This document shows positions 25,701-40,830 of a stretch of DNA of 64,000 nt, one piece after another (positions within the stretch are counted from its first letter, which is position 1; the number at the start of each line of letters is the position of its first letter). The DNA is from Ophelia neglecta (taxonomy: Eukaryota), in the NCBI GenBank assembly GCA_965285935.1, contig OZ260665.1:40114001-40178000 (forward strand), given 5' to 3'. Position numbers and translations under genes: made by a program. The notes beneath the pieces were generated by a model, which was given only the letters and a program-made list of their open reading frames with translations, had not been told where the DNA came from and searched no databases.

Positions 25701-28700
25701 GTGGCGCATTTTAATAGAGATGCAAGCCTTGTACATCTCCGATTACACTTTTGTAAAGTTCACTACGACTTCAAAAAACATTTTAAACAGTTGTTGTGGG
25801 AATGAGGTTTTCTTCTCTTTTTTATATGAGGAATTATGTCAAAATACAAGGCTAACCCCGATCTCCCTGCAATTTTGGAAAGAACTCCGCTATGGGTGTG
25901 TTTTTCGCTTAGGAGTTTATCACCCATTTGCACACCGTTCGATCACTCCTGACATTATAACGCCGACACCTTTTGCAGTTGTTTACCCCACGACCATTCA
26001 AGGTGCCTCCTTATCTTGGCGTTTACCTTGCAGGACCCAGGGCGTTCATGTAGGTCTCATCATTGCATAATTGAGCGATATTTGGTAGAGGGACTAGGCT
26101 TGTTAGAGGTGATGGATGGGGTCTTGGAGCGATAGGCACCCAGTGATAGGTTCTCCTTTCAGGGGGCTGAGAAGACATTGAATGCCATCCCGACCGATTT
26201 TCGTTTGGGAACTGCCCATAAGACTGTCTGCCGCGTTCTTGACAACAACCTTTTCTCGAAGCAGTTCAGCTAATGCCCTGTACGCATAACTGTAAAACTT
26301 ATCAAAAATGTCTCATTATCAGGGGAGGCTAGGAAAAGTGTATAGTCTTAGTTCAGCTATAGGCCATTTCCTGATTACCTCTGCCGAGATAAGTTTTTAA
26401 GCCATACTATTAAATTGCAAGCTTCATGAGTCTTTAAGAATGTCATATTACCAGTTAATCACAATGCTGAATAATGTTCAACTCCGATTTGATTCCAATA
26501 CGTTTGACCTTACCCAAATAATGGTTGACCTTCATTGTTTGTTTGATCGGTAATTAAAAATCTTTGAATAATCAAAAATAAGTACAAAATAATGACATTT
26601 TTTGATAAAACGCATCTCTCTAACGTTGATACGTTCTTTTTCCGGCTACACTATGCTTTCGGTGAATTATAATCATTATGGTATTTTGTCAATTGCTGGA
26701 TTTTTGTTGAAATATTCATGCCGTAGCAGCCGGCTTTCCTATGAGCAATCGCTTCATAAGGAAGATAAATGATATCCGTCTGTGGTTATGTTCACTTGTA
26801 CTGAATCTATTAGGCGCGCTATGGCTATATGTCTCCTAATCAAATGCCTTCTGAACGATGTGGCTGAACGCAATAATGCATAATATTGTCCCACACAATG
26901 TCATTGAAGTAATTATTTTCCATTCGATATGTTCACCTGACAGATGCTGCATTTATATTACATTTTGTCGCTGAGTGAAGACATGAAATAATATTAGTGG
27001 TGTTACATGGCATAGTAATGGTTGTTCTAGAAATTGGAATTATGTTTTTCACGTTAAACACGGCCACAAATGAAATGAGTTCGGTAGTAAACATTCATAT
27101 AAAGAGCTACATGACAGTTTTCGTCAATCATCATGTAAAAATTTACCTGTATTACCAGCATGAAATTGATATCACCAGCTACGACGAGGCTCAGACTGAC
27201 AATTTTGTCAACACTGTCATTGATGGCCGAAATTAGCAACGCCCAAAGTGGCCAAATGCAACACCGACGTCAATTAGGCCTATCTAGATTGCCTAGCAAC
27301 GAACACTGGTACCAAATATAGCATCTGTGTGAAAATATAACAACCCGGGTTACTTAATTGACTGAAATTTACATTGCTTTTTACTTGTAATGAATAAAAT
27401 CAATCAAACTAATTGCACGTGTAGGCAACGTAAATTATGCTGCTCGGGTGATGCCTAAAACGGACAGATCGGTTACAGTTGACGGGAGAGTGCAAAAATC
27501 TGGTAAGGTTTAGGTGATGCTCTAACAATTTTCCATCAAAAAAAATCAAAGTGCTTGTAACTTCCCTTTATCGAGGATGGATATCGATATCAACTTCTGA
27601 ATATTATTTATATATTCAAATACTATTGTTCTTTTCTTCATCTTAAAGGCTTGGCTTTTTCTACGAGTTGAAAAGGAAACTTTGAAAATAACACGTTTTA
27701 ACCTAGTTTCATTGGCTTGGCGGAAATTCTATAACCAGATTTAAGGATTTCCGTTGTAATGCTTATTAATTAATATATTATCCGTTATATTAGGATTTTG
27801 ACTGTTCTCTGGTCGAAGTAAGAATATTGTATTTCACAAATGGTACTTGTATAAGCAGACCTTGTCCTTATCCGAAATGGATGAGGAATTTCGTTTCTCT
27901 AGTACTAGTCCTATAAAGGTTTATGGTACCCCCGGTAATTTTTTACAAATAAGACACACGTATTTAAATTATAGTCCCTTTTCAATGCACATGTATTCAT
28001 AAGCAAACCTATAGTCTTTTTTAGGCATGGTTAGAGAATGCCTTTTCTTCAGTCATATAATTGTTTTGAGAATTCTTTAATCAAGCCATATTTTGATAAA
28101 ATAGAAGCAACAAAACCAAAACCTGCACTTTGTATGAGCTCTCCCTGGAAGCATTGAACCAAAAAATGTATCCTATTCCGTTATTTAACCTTTTCTTCTC
28201 TGCAATGCACCTGTGCAGAAATTCTCAATTTAGGGACGTAATCACCGCATAACGTTTAATTCGGCCGGTATAAGTACCCAATGTAAGAAAGGTTTCGGTT
28301 GAAGCCGCTTCTGATCCTCTCGTCCAAGAGAGCCGTGTTTGTCGTGATCAGAATACTGCCTGGCAACAGATGTAATTAGACTCGAAGCGCCCACCCCAGA
28401 CTTGTACAATTTCCGCCTAGGGCAATTCCATTTGGAAATGGGCCGCGTGTAGGAGGAGCGGAACAGATTTGTATACAATATTTACTTTACAATTTGTCCC
28501 CTAATACCCTAGTGGTAATTATAAACTCCCACCCCAAAATGAAAAGCTTCAAGTCATACGTCGATCACGTGCACATTCACTGCATCCTAAAAAGGGAACT
28601 GCCCTTGATAACTTTTGTCATTTTTGCCTTTGTCGGATATGACTGTAGAGTAAATTATATAGGTTGCCCCCTAGGCTACCGTTTTCCTGCCAATGGTAAT

Positions 28701-29620
28701 TGTATGATTTCTTTGCAATTATGTAACGGCATTATCGGACCCGGACAGCACGCTTCCTCTATTCGCGGATATTGCGAATGCAGGACACAGCGAGACACGT
28801 TTAAATTACATCCATGTTAAGAAAGTTTGCTGGATGTCGTCTGCTTTTTTCCCACACCGAATACGAAACGTTACTAAGAACTTTCTTGCTTGGCTTGTAG
28901 GGGAAATGTGGGCAAATACGGCCACGAGGACGATGACGGCCAGATCGCGCACTCTGTCATCCATCCGTCCCTTAAATCAATATGAAGACTACTTATGAGA
29001 GTTTTCCTGAAATGGTCCCTTGCAAGCGCATGGTTTCGCAGCTTATTAATACAAAGGAAGAAATTGCACTTACTATATATTTAAAGTGTACATACATAAT
29101 ACTTCATCGATAAAATGTATCCCCAATAGTCTACAACTAATTCATATGTTTAAAATGTAATGCGTGTTTAGTCGAATATTTAATAGAAATAAGTTGCCAT
29201 AATTGGCCAATTTTCTTTTTTTTCTATAGCTAGAGAACTACAGCCGCATCCGTCCGCTGTAAACAGGTAAACAGAGCGCTTTAGCAATGATCCCTGTCTT
29301 CGGGTCACGACATCCTTCATTAGTTTTTGTGTTTTCATGTATCTTAATGATTCATTGGACAATTATAAATGAGTATTTTTATAGTTCTCCTAGATGTGTA
29401 AAAGATATATTGCCACTCTCACATTTTTAATGTTTTTGAAGGCCTATTCCGTAGCCAAACGACTTAAACAAAATATAATTTATGGAACGCGTTATGTGAC
29501 ACGGCCATGACGTTATGTGTACATGCTAACATGGACAAACGCCAATTGGAATATATATAAACAACAAATGATATTGATTGCCAAATCATGTGTGAATGAC
29601 TATTTCATCCAATAAGTCGT

Positions 29621-30105
29621 TTAACCCTTTATGCCCTATGCCCCAGGCATAGTATCACGTTTTGCCCGCGCCTTTGTGCCTCGTTTCTTGACACCCGCGT
29701 TTCTGGAAAAATAAATTGCAAATTTCCTTCGCTTGCCGCGTTGTTTCACGTTTTTGACACATATAAGCCACGCTGGGACACGTTTGACAGCTGACCACAA
29801 CGTGTTAATTACTAACACCACGTAGCAGAAACTTTGCATAATGTAGCATAATGTTTTTTCCTATGTTGCAACCACGTTGTAACAACGTATTACAAAGGTT
29901 GTTGCCACATTGTAGAACCCGGTAGTACGTTTTGGGAAAAAGGCCGCAAATTTTGAACATGTCTAAATGAACGTTTACAGTTCAGGTTTAGTCACGCGTA
30001 GTCACGTTTTAGCCACGTTGCTCCGCGTTTGATCACGTTGTAACCACGTTTTGCTACGTTTCTGCTACGTTTTGCAACTCGTAATCACCTCGTATGATTA
30101 TAACC
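29621..30105. repeat. Degenerate ~11-bp CACGTT-core tandem array, probably within a non-autonomous DNA transposon
   Basis: Many CACGTT/TACGTT units, densest at 29990-30080 (GTCACGCGTAGTCACGTTTTAGCCACGTTG...). Central near-palindrome TTTTGAACATGTCTAAA, and TTAACCCTTT at the left edge. Confidence 0.6.
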
Positions 30106-33100
30106 ATTGCATCGAATTTCTGTCTGAAAAAGTTCGACAGACATTGACAGTATGATACACGGGAGTTGACGGGAGTGGTCGGGTTGGGGGCCTGGGGTGG
30201 AGCTTGCGTCTCTCAGCGGCTTTGATGTAGTTAATTATCTATTGCTGACAAGTAAGTTATAGTACTCGTTTTATTGTGTCTAACTCTCTGTGGTGCTGTT
30301 AAGGTAACTTTTCCGTTTTTGAGGCATTTTAGTAAAAAAAAACCCAAGGGGACTCTCAAGTGAATAACTCTCAATTTAGCCTATGATATCACCCGCGGGA
30401 GATACCCGTACTGGTGTCTTTATAAACTATCTGGCTGTGCTCTCAGGCGCCATCTTGCTACATGGCGGGCACATAAAGTCCAGTTTGGATGACGACCGGC
30501 GTATAAACTGCAATGAAACACGCCACTTGTCCGCTCCGCTCGGTCTTAGCCATAGGTTATTAGCTAGCTTGACATGCTGTGAGCTTTTTATTGGACATGG
30601 TGTCTTTTATTTCGCATGATAAATCACATACATTGATCCTTTTAATTGCAACCACCGAGTACAAAGACCAGATCGCATGAAAGTATAAACTCTTATTATG
30701 TTACTATCGCTATACGGGAAAGTATTTTCATTCCTGCTCGTTACTATTGAATTTGATGGGGAAATTGCTCTGACCCCCGAGTGTTAAAAACAAATGGTTT
30801 AGTTATGAAACTAAGAATGACATAAGATATTTTCAGCTAAGAATTTCCTTACAGTAACGGAGGGACACAGCCCAAATTGAGGCTTGGCTATATAAGGCAA
30901 AGACATCAGTATGCTAGGTTCCATAAATTAATATTATGAAGCAAGAGTTCTAACCTATGCTATATAATTAAAGGATGCATAAGTATTTATTTTCTGATTC
31001 ATATAACTGGTAAGGGTGTGGCTATAAATGTCCGCTATTTTGTAACTGACAAATCTAATCAATTCAAAAAAATTCAAGTATGTATTTTGTTTGGGGACAA
31101 GATCTGATCGGCTCGAGGTAGGCCCGATCTTGTCGGGGATATCGGTACATTTATTTCGTTTTGATCTCGTGGCAGTATTATAATGTCGGGGGACATCATG
31201 GCGTCGATTTAGGATAGTGATCAGCGATCCTCCAATACTTGATCAAAAACATAATCAGCTAGTGCTAGAGGAAATATGAAAGTGAAATAAAAATCGTCTA
31301 GACTAAATTAGTTACGGATGACTAATTTTGTTCTTGGTATGTGAATATATTTTCGACACAGTAGCTCCAACTGAAGCAGTAATCAGAATTTAGATAAAGA
31401 TTTAGTTTTCAAGCAGTGTTATTAAAAAAAAGTGGTCGGCCGTCTACATGGAGGCTGTTTTGTCGACGGTTATTTCCCTTTTACGGTATTTCGTACTGAT
31501 ATCGATCATTTTTATTCATCAACAATTTCTATAATATGTAATTATAACCGCATTATACTTGCGAACTGGTACTAAGAACTGATACTTAATTCGTGCCATC
31601 CTGAACCTTATCTGTGAGAATTAACAAAAAGCAAGCTACAACTTTTATCAAAATTGTAATTCCTCTTTGGAGAGACAATTGCTCAGATATTATCTTATTT
31701 CAGTAAATTCCCGATGACAAGAAAAGTGCCACTTTGAAGTATCAAGAGCAGTACAAAATTCAACCGATAATATAAAATACGATTATTTTCCAATTAAAAA
31801 TGTCAAAGGTTACTTAGCTAGTGCTAGATCTATTTTCTTTCTTATTGATAACTCAATTGAAAGCTAGGCTAAAAGGTCGTGTCTCTCTAATGGCCTCGAA
31901 TGTATACCAATAATCAAAGAGGACGCAGATATTTCTGCAGATACTCATTGTATATGAACGCAGAACATAACAATTTCAACGCTGACAAATAATATTGCTT
32001 CTGGGACGAATAAACTTGCGAATTCCGGGATGTATAACCGGAGCTTCGTTTATCAACCTGTAGCAAAATATCGATGTAGAGCAAAGTTTGAACAGACTGA
32101 CATAAATTCGCAACGTACTTAGTTTAATGCCTGCATTGCGCAGTGAAGAGCCGGCAAGGGACTCCTTTTTGTACCGGTCAATGTTTTCTTCTACAGTTCA
32201 CATCTTGAACAGCAATTTTGACTTTGATCAACAATACCGAGCTTTCAATCATTTCGCTGGTCCCTAGCGCCATTGGCCTCTCAAGTTGTCTTGCGTCTCA
32301 GCGAGATCGTAACTATCGCGGCAGCCATTTTAACGTCCACGTTCACACTCTTCGGGTATAGCCGAGGGCTTGTAATGTCATCCCTCCCTAGTTGTGTATG
32401 ACTGAACAAAGACTGAAGGTGAATTATCGCGAGTTTTCGATTATCAAAATGTAGGTTAGGAACATAAAGAAACAGTGTACGTGGTGAAGGAGTCGATGGC
32501 TATCGCAGTATGTGGCTGACATGATGTATCATGTTTTACATTTACATACAAACAAACGGATCAATAAAATCCACCAAATGACAGATCACCTTTGTTTAGT
32601 TGAAATAATCTGTTCTATAATGAATAAAAAAGAAAGCTGTGGCTCAAGGCTGCAAGTGTTACAACCAAACCATAATACTCATTATTCACAGGTCTCAGAG
32701 CTAGATCTCAGAAGGAACTGAGAAAGAAAAACCTGACAATGAATCAATGTTGGGGGCTTTCTTGCAGTAGATGTGGAATTTTTTGGAACAACAAAAATGC
32801 GGTTAATAACCATGTCTCTTACCTTTGTTTATAGGAAAAAAAATATTTATAATATAGTGTGTGAATTCAATTCCATTTATTGTATTGCAGGGAGACGGTT
32901 TTTTTTATACATATTGTTTTTATTGTGCGGTTTTGATACAGTATGCTTATATGTGAAAATGTGTATCTTCCCAGCCAATCAGTTAAGCGCCCGGTTTCAA
33001 CACTTCAGTAGGAATCTACAAACACTAGTTTCAAAACCTTACATAATAGTTGTTGCTATACCCTTCTATGTGCATTATGTATGCACATAGGAGGCTTTGC

Positions 33101-36100
33101 AGTGCATAAAGTTCTAACGATAAAATAAACAATTTGGCCTACACAATTATTGTTTCTGTAGTTTTAGCGTTTATACACTCTTACCACTGTTTTCAACAAA
33201 AAACGAGAATGCACTTCCGACAAAGAACCATCAGTTTATTGGGAAGGCGCCATAAATTGCCCGACAAGGCAGAAAGTAGCCACACGAAGGAAACTACAAA
33301 ACCTCGTACGTGCGTCATTTCCCGAAATTGGTCTTTACAAACGGCATTGGATACTGCTCACCAAGCAAACTAGACCAAGTCCCAACATCTGATTCTTCGT
33401 CCTTATAGGACTAGCAGGCTCCGCCAAATGTGCATAGGGATGTGTGAATTTAATTTTAAAATGATGGAAATGATACCCGGCGGATGAAACAAAATTGTTG
33501 AACAAGAATAACAATATGAATAACCAAGTGGACCCAGATTGGTCTGAGACCGTTAACTGTAGGTGGAAAAATAAATTATATTTAATAATTTGGCCACAGC
33601 AAAAACGGCCACTGCTTTAGCTGAATAAGACGAATAATTAACATATAATATTAGTTAAAATGAGATATTGTTTTCTTTTTCTACCATATTAATAAAATAT
33701 TGCATAAAAACGTCGTGAATACCCGGCAGACAAAGCAAAGAGATCACTAGGAGCATATATATAACTATACCCCAAGAGTGAAATAGCCTGTTATCAATTT
33801 ATAATACTCAATTAAAATTCATACTACCCCGGATTCATACACATTCATTACTAATGAAAAAACGGAAATACCTGCAATGATCTATAATTACTCAGTCACC
33901 AGTGATTATTCTTTAAACCCTTTTTGCAATTTGAATGACATTTCCTGGTTGACGAGTTTGCATTGTTTGCCTGGCAGACTCTCCATTAATAATTATATGA
34001 AAATATATTTATCGAGTAAAATATAATTATGAGATTAACACTTGCCATCTTGCCAGTTACCCATAACCTGTCTTGTCATCCACTCTGAAAATAACCAAAG
34101 CGTCTGACCAGCAACAACCAAGTCAAAAAATAAGATAGTACATTAATAATCACAGTGCCTTAGAAAAAAATACGTTGCCCATTGATTTTCCATATGTGTA
34201 TTTACATGCCAACCTCCTACACTAAATCATTCTGTATGCAATAGAAATAACTTTAAGCACAACCTACGGGAAGACCAATCAACATTCCCAGAATGCCACA
34301 TAACCAGACATAATGTCAATCGTACCACTCCAGATAAGTTCCGCTTGTTGTAGACCTATTTAGTCAACAGGTTGTTTATCTAAAAGGGTGTTTGCTAATT
34401 GAATTGATAAAAAGAATAGTTGTCCCCCTGCTATAAATCGTTCAGTTGAAGACCATAGACGTGTCGGATATTGCTATTTTAAGTCAACAAGATATAGCAT
34501 TTTGATGTTGTTCATATATAGCAGGGGTTGGTCACGTGTACTGTAGCTTTTGTTTAATATTAGGCAAAGAACAAAGCCATTGCATCCTATATACTCTGTC
34601 CATGAGAGCTAAAACTTTGCCACTGGCACCAGCGTGATCCTTGCTTCTCGCTCTGCTGAATAACAATCCGGATTTAAGTATAACAAATGGCTGAGGTTGG
34701 CACCTCGGGCTACCGTCTTATCAAGTTAAATGGGGCCACTATATCAGTACCAACCAACCCTAACTCACCAACATTTTCTATAAGGTGATTCATTTTCATC
34801 ACACATCAGTGGGAGATATGCAGTGACCTCTGGTGATATCATTTAAATAATGCATCGTTCTCACGTGATCTAAGAGCCATTTGGGAATAACAAGGTGTCA
34901 AAATGCGCAAAGGGTGGTAACAGGAGTTATAGTAGTATTTGTTGCATGATTCTAAACCGTTCTCTTACACGTTTGCGTTTCCATTGTAATAGATATAAAG
35001 TTGTAAATTATTCATGAACAAATCATACCTTTTCGTGAGAATCTTAGGCATTTGCTAAACTGCAATCTTCGTGTGTGCCTTAAAGTTGCGCAACTGCATA
35101 GAAATAGAAAAAAGAGATATTAATTACTTAAGCAAAATCACTAATGGCAACGTAAACGAGTTACAACTCCATAGGGTAACTTATAAAATCATACTTGAAT
35201 CCTGGAGATGTATTTAAAGTCTTGTCATCTCATGGCTCAGAAACATTTGACACATTTAATTTGCTTGAAAACGATATACATCCGTAGCCAAGCGAACCGC
35301 AACACCCTGCAAGCAATATTCCGCAAAAAAGACATGTCAGCCCACAATTTCAGAGAAACCTACTTATTCTATGAGCATAAAAAGTGGCGCCTAGTTTGAC
35401 TATATTGGGTTCTCTAAACTCATTAGTTTTGGTGATAGCCATGAGAAAAATGAGCAAAGATAATAAGGCAAAGTCATAACAAGGTAGTTTTTTTAAATAA
35501 CTGGGGCTCAAATGACCTTTATGGCTGAATCTGTAAGTAGTTAGACCAACATAAATGTCGTTTACAGTCCGAAAAACGGAATGTTTTATATCCGAAAAAT
35601 TCCAATAGCGTGACACGGCTCATGGGATTTCGGAAGTAGAAGTATTGCTAAATCCGACATATCTATCCTTTTATTTGTATTTCATGATCAACTCATAATG
35701 GAACTGCGAGTACCACTTGCGAATTTATTGATTTTTCATTGTGATTTCCTCTATGAATCTGTGTCGGTAATTTGGCAGCACTTGGAAAGTCAAGTGGTAC
35801 GCCCTACTATAAAATAAATGCCAACTTGTCATAATGTTGGAAACAAAATAGATATTACACATTGGTACGAATAGTGGAACTTAACTGGGTTTAAGTTGTA
35901 TATTTAAAAAACATCTGACATGAATTCATGCTGAATAAGGTATTTAATACGCACATTTATGATCGCTTGCTATGTCCATGCCGAGAATAAGCGGCGGTTA
36001 CGTTGTAATTCATTATTTAAAAGTAACAGGTAATATATTAGTAGTTAAAACATTTAATCAACATTTTACCCATGCGTACAACTTTAGCCCTACTAATGCT

Positions 36101-39100
36101 CTAGACTAGTCACGTGCAGTGCTGACTCCTGAAACATTAGTAGTTGAACAAGGCTTAATGATGTCATCTCCGGCAGGCAGGATTGTCATTAAAGACATTA
36201 AATGTCACTTCAAAACAGACATTTTTTCTCCCGGGACCCCAACTTTCAGTTGACACAGATCATGTCTAAAATAATATGTTCTATTTCCCTCCGCTCTTAT
36301 CAAAATTAAAGATGTTTCCATCAAATTTAGGAGTAAGAAATTAGAATGATTTCTAACTGCATTTGTTCTCCAGGTTAAATTTTCTGCTAGCCTTGTAGCT
36401 ACCTGATAGAAAGTGACAAAACTAATTAACACTTGTTGACTCTTAACCTAGCTTTGTAAACTAATGGCAAATACGCCATATGGAATAGCACAAGGTGTTA
36501 GTTATGTTTAAATTCAAAATAATTATACATTTCGTAATAAAAGCTTAATCGTAATTTATTGATTGCGTTATTATTTTTCAATGGTATAAAAGGAATGATG
36601 GTTATTATTTTGCTCGAGAGTGGGGCTCATTGTTAGTATTATTACAATCTAGGTTCCTTTAAGTAAAATTGGAGTTTAGTTTTTTTTCCTCGGCGTCGAG
36701 AGGGTTGTTGTGAGGTTTGGTGTCATTTCTCATGCTTTTACTTTGATAGCGCACAAGTCATTCCCTCTGAGACCAGTTTTAAATTGAAACTTGCCTTGAC
36801 TTACAATTGTATGATGTGATTCATTTAAACGTGGTGATACACTGATAGATGAGATATCCGGGAAAGAACGAAATAATGGCATACGTTTATCTCATCTACC
36901 ATTACACTGATCTTCAACCTACGGGTAAATGTTTTTATTCCATGCCGAGCATGCCATATACCATATACTTATCAGGGTTTTGATTGTGTTACATACTTAG
37001 TCATCTCAATATAATTACCTTACTTGCCGTATACTTTAGACATCAAATACTCATGAAAAGCAACACAATGTACTAATATCTTTGAAAAAAATATAATAGA
37101 CTACTGTTAGTGTAACTAAATTTCTCTTTCTTTTGTTGGGTTTGAATGAGAATAGAAAAAATGTCCATTCTATGTGTGCTCGGTGGCGACGATGGGTCAT
37201 ACAGAGGGTTAGAGAGATGGAGTGTGTGTATGTGGGGGGGGGGGGGGTCAAATTATGCTTTCACGTGATGGCCCTCCCCCCACCCAATCCAGCAATGTTA
37301 GCTATCTGATGCAGTTAGGCAAAGGGAAATTTCCTATCATTGGGAAATTCGTCACTTATGAAAGTAACTGGCTATTTTTAAAATCGTTTATGTTTTATGG
37401 AAGAATTCATCTGACTTCGAATCATCCATTGCTAAACGTCCAACATGCATCATCTTCAGGGTAAAAACTGATGCCAGAAAGGTCACAAAGGCTTTCTTGA
37501 CGAGCATGCCTGATCCAAAGTGCTCTAAACACACTGTGTCTACAACTATAAAGTACAACAAATCGATCGAATGTGGAATGAAGTTTTTTCTAGAGACATT
37601 CAGACGTATAATGCAAATGAATGTGAGAAATAAGAAAAAGTTTCAAACAAAGCAATCCCTCAGACAATCACGTCAGCTGCAGGTATATTTCTTCATGACG
37701 TTGTGATCTCTGAGCAATAAAGTCCAATTCTGGGAATTCCGAGCAGGCCTTTCCTGCATATTTATTGTCGCAAGGCGTTTTCTCTGCGAGATTTATTGTA
37801 GACATATGGCCGTTTTGATTTTTATAGATCTCATTGCATGCTGTAGTCCCATTTGTCCCCTCAATCGAAGGCAGCCAAAGGGACATAAGTCTCGACGGAA
37901 ACATCCATTGTTTGCCATATGAAAGGTTTAACGAGCCCGGTGGTTTCGATTGCGCCTCCTTTAAATGGGGGTGGCAACGGTCACACTGACTGTCTGAGGC
38001 CAGATTGGGGTCCCCGACCCGTATTACTAAGGCAGGCCAAGGGAATCACACTCCAAGGACAAATAATTTATACATAGCACAGCAAAAGGAACAAAAACGT
38101 GCCCGCAAAACCGTATATCTTAATGAGCGAAGTATTCTCATAATGGCTTCTTAAACAGCACAATAAAATTTGTGTTTTTTTACCTAACATCAACGGTTGT
38201 TTGAATATTCCATAAATACCGTTATATATTAAGGAATTATAACTTATCTTCCTGTTAGAGCCAATTGTTCATTAAACAATATTTTATTGTTATTTCTCTA
38301 GCACGTGGAACCAACAAGCTCAAAACACTCAAGGGCCTCATACAAGCGAAAAACGCGAGTGAATACCTGATCGACAAAGAAGAAACATTACATAAAAATA
38401 GTCTATTTAATTGTTTTAACGAATGCATCTGATAAAGCTGTAGGTAAATCATGGATGAAAAGAACGAACATTATCGGGCATAAAAAGGATCTCTGGGAGA
38501 CACTGCGCTAAATTGGATATTTCTAAATAGTTATGATCATGTTTTAGTGCCCAATACAAATTATGTAACAATAGCATAAATAAAAAATTACGAAATAGAA
38601 CAGATGAGTAGAGGGAAGGAAACTCGATCGGCACAACATTCCCTCTCATTATAAAGCGCAAACTCAAAATGTTAACATATTTACAATGACTTGACAGTCA
38701 AACCAAACATTTTTAACAGCAAACAAAATGATAAACACGATGTTTGTCGGATAGAAGGGCTAACCGACAGCTTTAATCCTCAGCATTGGTAGCCAGTAAT
38801 GTTTTCCCTATAGCGAATCGAGGAAAAGAAAACGAGAGGAACTTTCCAATAGGTGTAACTAAGTCTAATTTTTATTTCTCGCTGTCTCTATTTTTTCCAG
38901 GTATTTATTCGGCCTCTGAAATAGGTTATTTCTAATGCTGCAGCCTCCAAGTTTTGTAGATTATCAATGATGTGAAAGCTCTTTGGGACATTAAAGAAGC
39001 ACATTCCTCCCAATAAACACTCATTTATTTCATCACGTGGATCACTGACTACCTTTTAGTGTGATGTTTGATGACATGGATTAGTCTATAAGTGGAACTG

Positions 39101-40771
39101 TCAGGCGTGGACGAATTTTGACGTGTTCAATAACTTGGCCACCATAGGACACGACTGAACTAGGTTTATAATTTGTTGGAAAATCGGAAGCGCTCTTATT
39201 TTTATTACTCTTGCCGAATTCCTAACATTGGGAAATCGCCATTTATAAAAGTAATTGGTTTGTTATCAAAATCGTATATGTGACATGGTAGTTTACTGGT
39301 TTTTTTGCCAATGGAACCTGCTTTAAGTCCTCAAAATCTAAAGTTGTTATTGACCTAGATTATGTAAGTTGAATTCATCCATATGTCATCTCCATCTCGT
39401 CAATTCACCTTACACCTTTCACGTATCGGATGCATAGGCCAACGTTCAACAAAAACTTCCCTAACTTTGGTGTTAAGTAGACCAGAAGTGGCAAAAAGAA
39501 TTTGAAAAAAAGCGTCCGGCGAGCATTCAGTGTGTGACTTAATTCCCCATAAAGTCTGCCCGAAGCTCTCGTCGACAAAAACACACAGACATCGGTTTGA
39601 TTGTATTTTGTCGTTTTCGATTGCCCGAGTGGATTCTTGAAGCAATCACCTGATAGGTTCTCTGGCTTATCTCGACAAGCCTACACTTGAGGTTTGTCAG
39701 GAACGCCAGTCCCGTGAATTGCGACTGATGAGGTGGGTGTAGATGACCTTGTCAAGGTCACTCGGCTCCGTTCAACTCTTCATTGATATGGCTCATTTTG
39801 CTTTAACAGCGTTCGAATAATTGTCATATACATCGGAAACTGGACGGGAATCCGATTAGTCCGAACCGTATATAGGTCTATTTATTGACGAAGGACGATA
39901 AATCGAACTCTCCATAGAAGCCAAACTAAACTGATTACTTTCGCTAGATTACGATAGGTATGAAAATTAGTTTCTGGATAAGGGTGACATAAACAGAAAC
40001 CCCTGAATACTTTCAAAGCTATCTAAAGGAGGGCATCTAAATTGGCAGTGGATCTAACTTAAAGAGTCACATTTGCTGCTAGTGCCTGCCATCTGTAGGC
40101 CAAGTCAATTTAAAGGCGATGACTTTTGGTAGCCCCGAAGTATGACTGCTACGGGCTGAATTATGAAAGTAGGCTCAGGCCTGACGCTGATTTAACGTCG
40201 ATCTGAAGTATTTTTGTCCGGCTGAATTTTACACCAAAAATCCACCACAAAAAATAGGAACAAGAAAAAATTAGAAAGGTCGAGGTCGCCGCATAATAAT
40301 GCTGTTTGCTGCATTGACAGTGCTCTGGCCGCACAATAATCCCGTATGCCGCAGTGACCGCTGCACAGCAGTGGCTATGACTACCATGCGCAGAAGTTAG
40401 ATAGGCCCATTTTTCACTGCCAAATACTGACATTTTAACGATCCTATCGACAATATCCCTTGCGCGAAGTACGGATTGATTTAAGATCAGCCTAATATAA
40501 GTATCATTGTGCCGCGCTAACTTAAACTAGGCGTAAACATTGTCACGTGCTGACTGTACAACGTCAGATATGGCCGGAAGGGCTTCCATCTGGAACTACT
40601 TTATTAATGCTCCACTGAAAAGAAATCTGTTTAGGCCTAAACGAAATGATAAAGACCCTCATTTTGAATACGATGTTCCACAATAGGGTCGATTTTCAGT
40701 GGCACTGCTTTAAAAAAAGACCTCAAGTTTGACTTTCCACAGGTGAATTTGCACCCTAAATTGTGGTCAGT

Positions 40772-40830
40772 GCCCACCCCAACCCCCTACCCCCACCTCC
40801 ACCCCCTCCCAACCCAACCTACCCCCTTCC
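40772..40830 (-). repeat. C-rich low-complexity tract (G-quadruplex potential on the minus strand)
   Basis: More than six runs of 3-5 C with 1-3 nt spacers. Other G/C homopolymers at 8115-8132, 16513-16538, 37234-37247 and 59554-59571. Confidence 0.6.
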
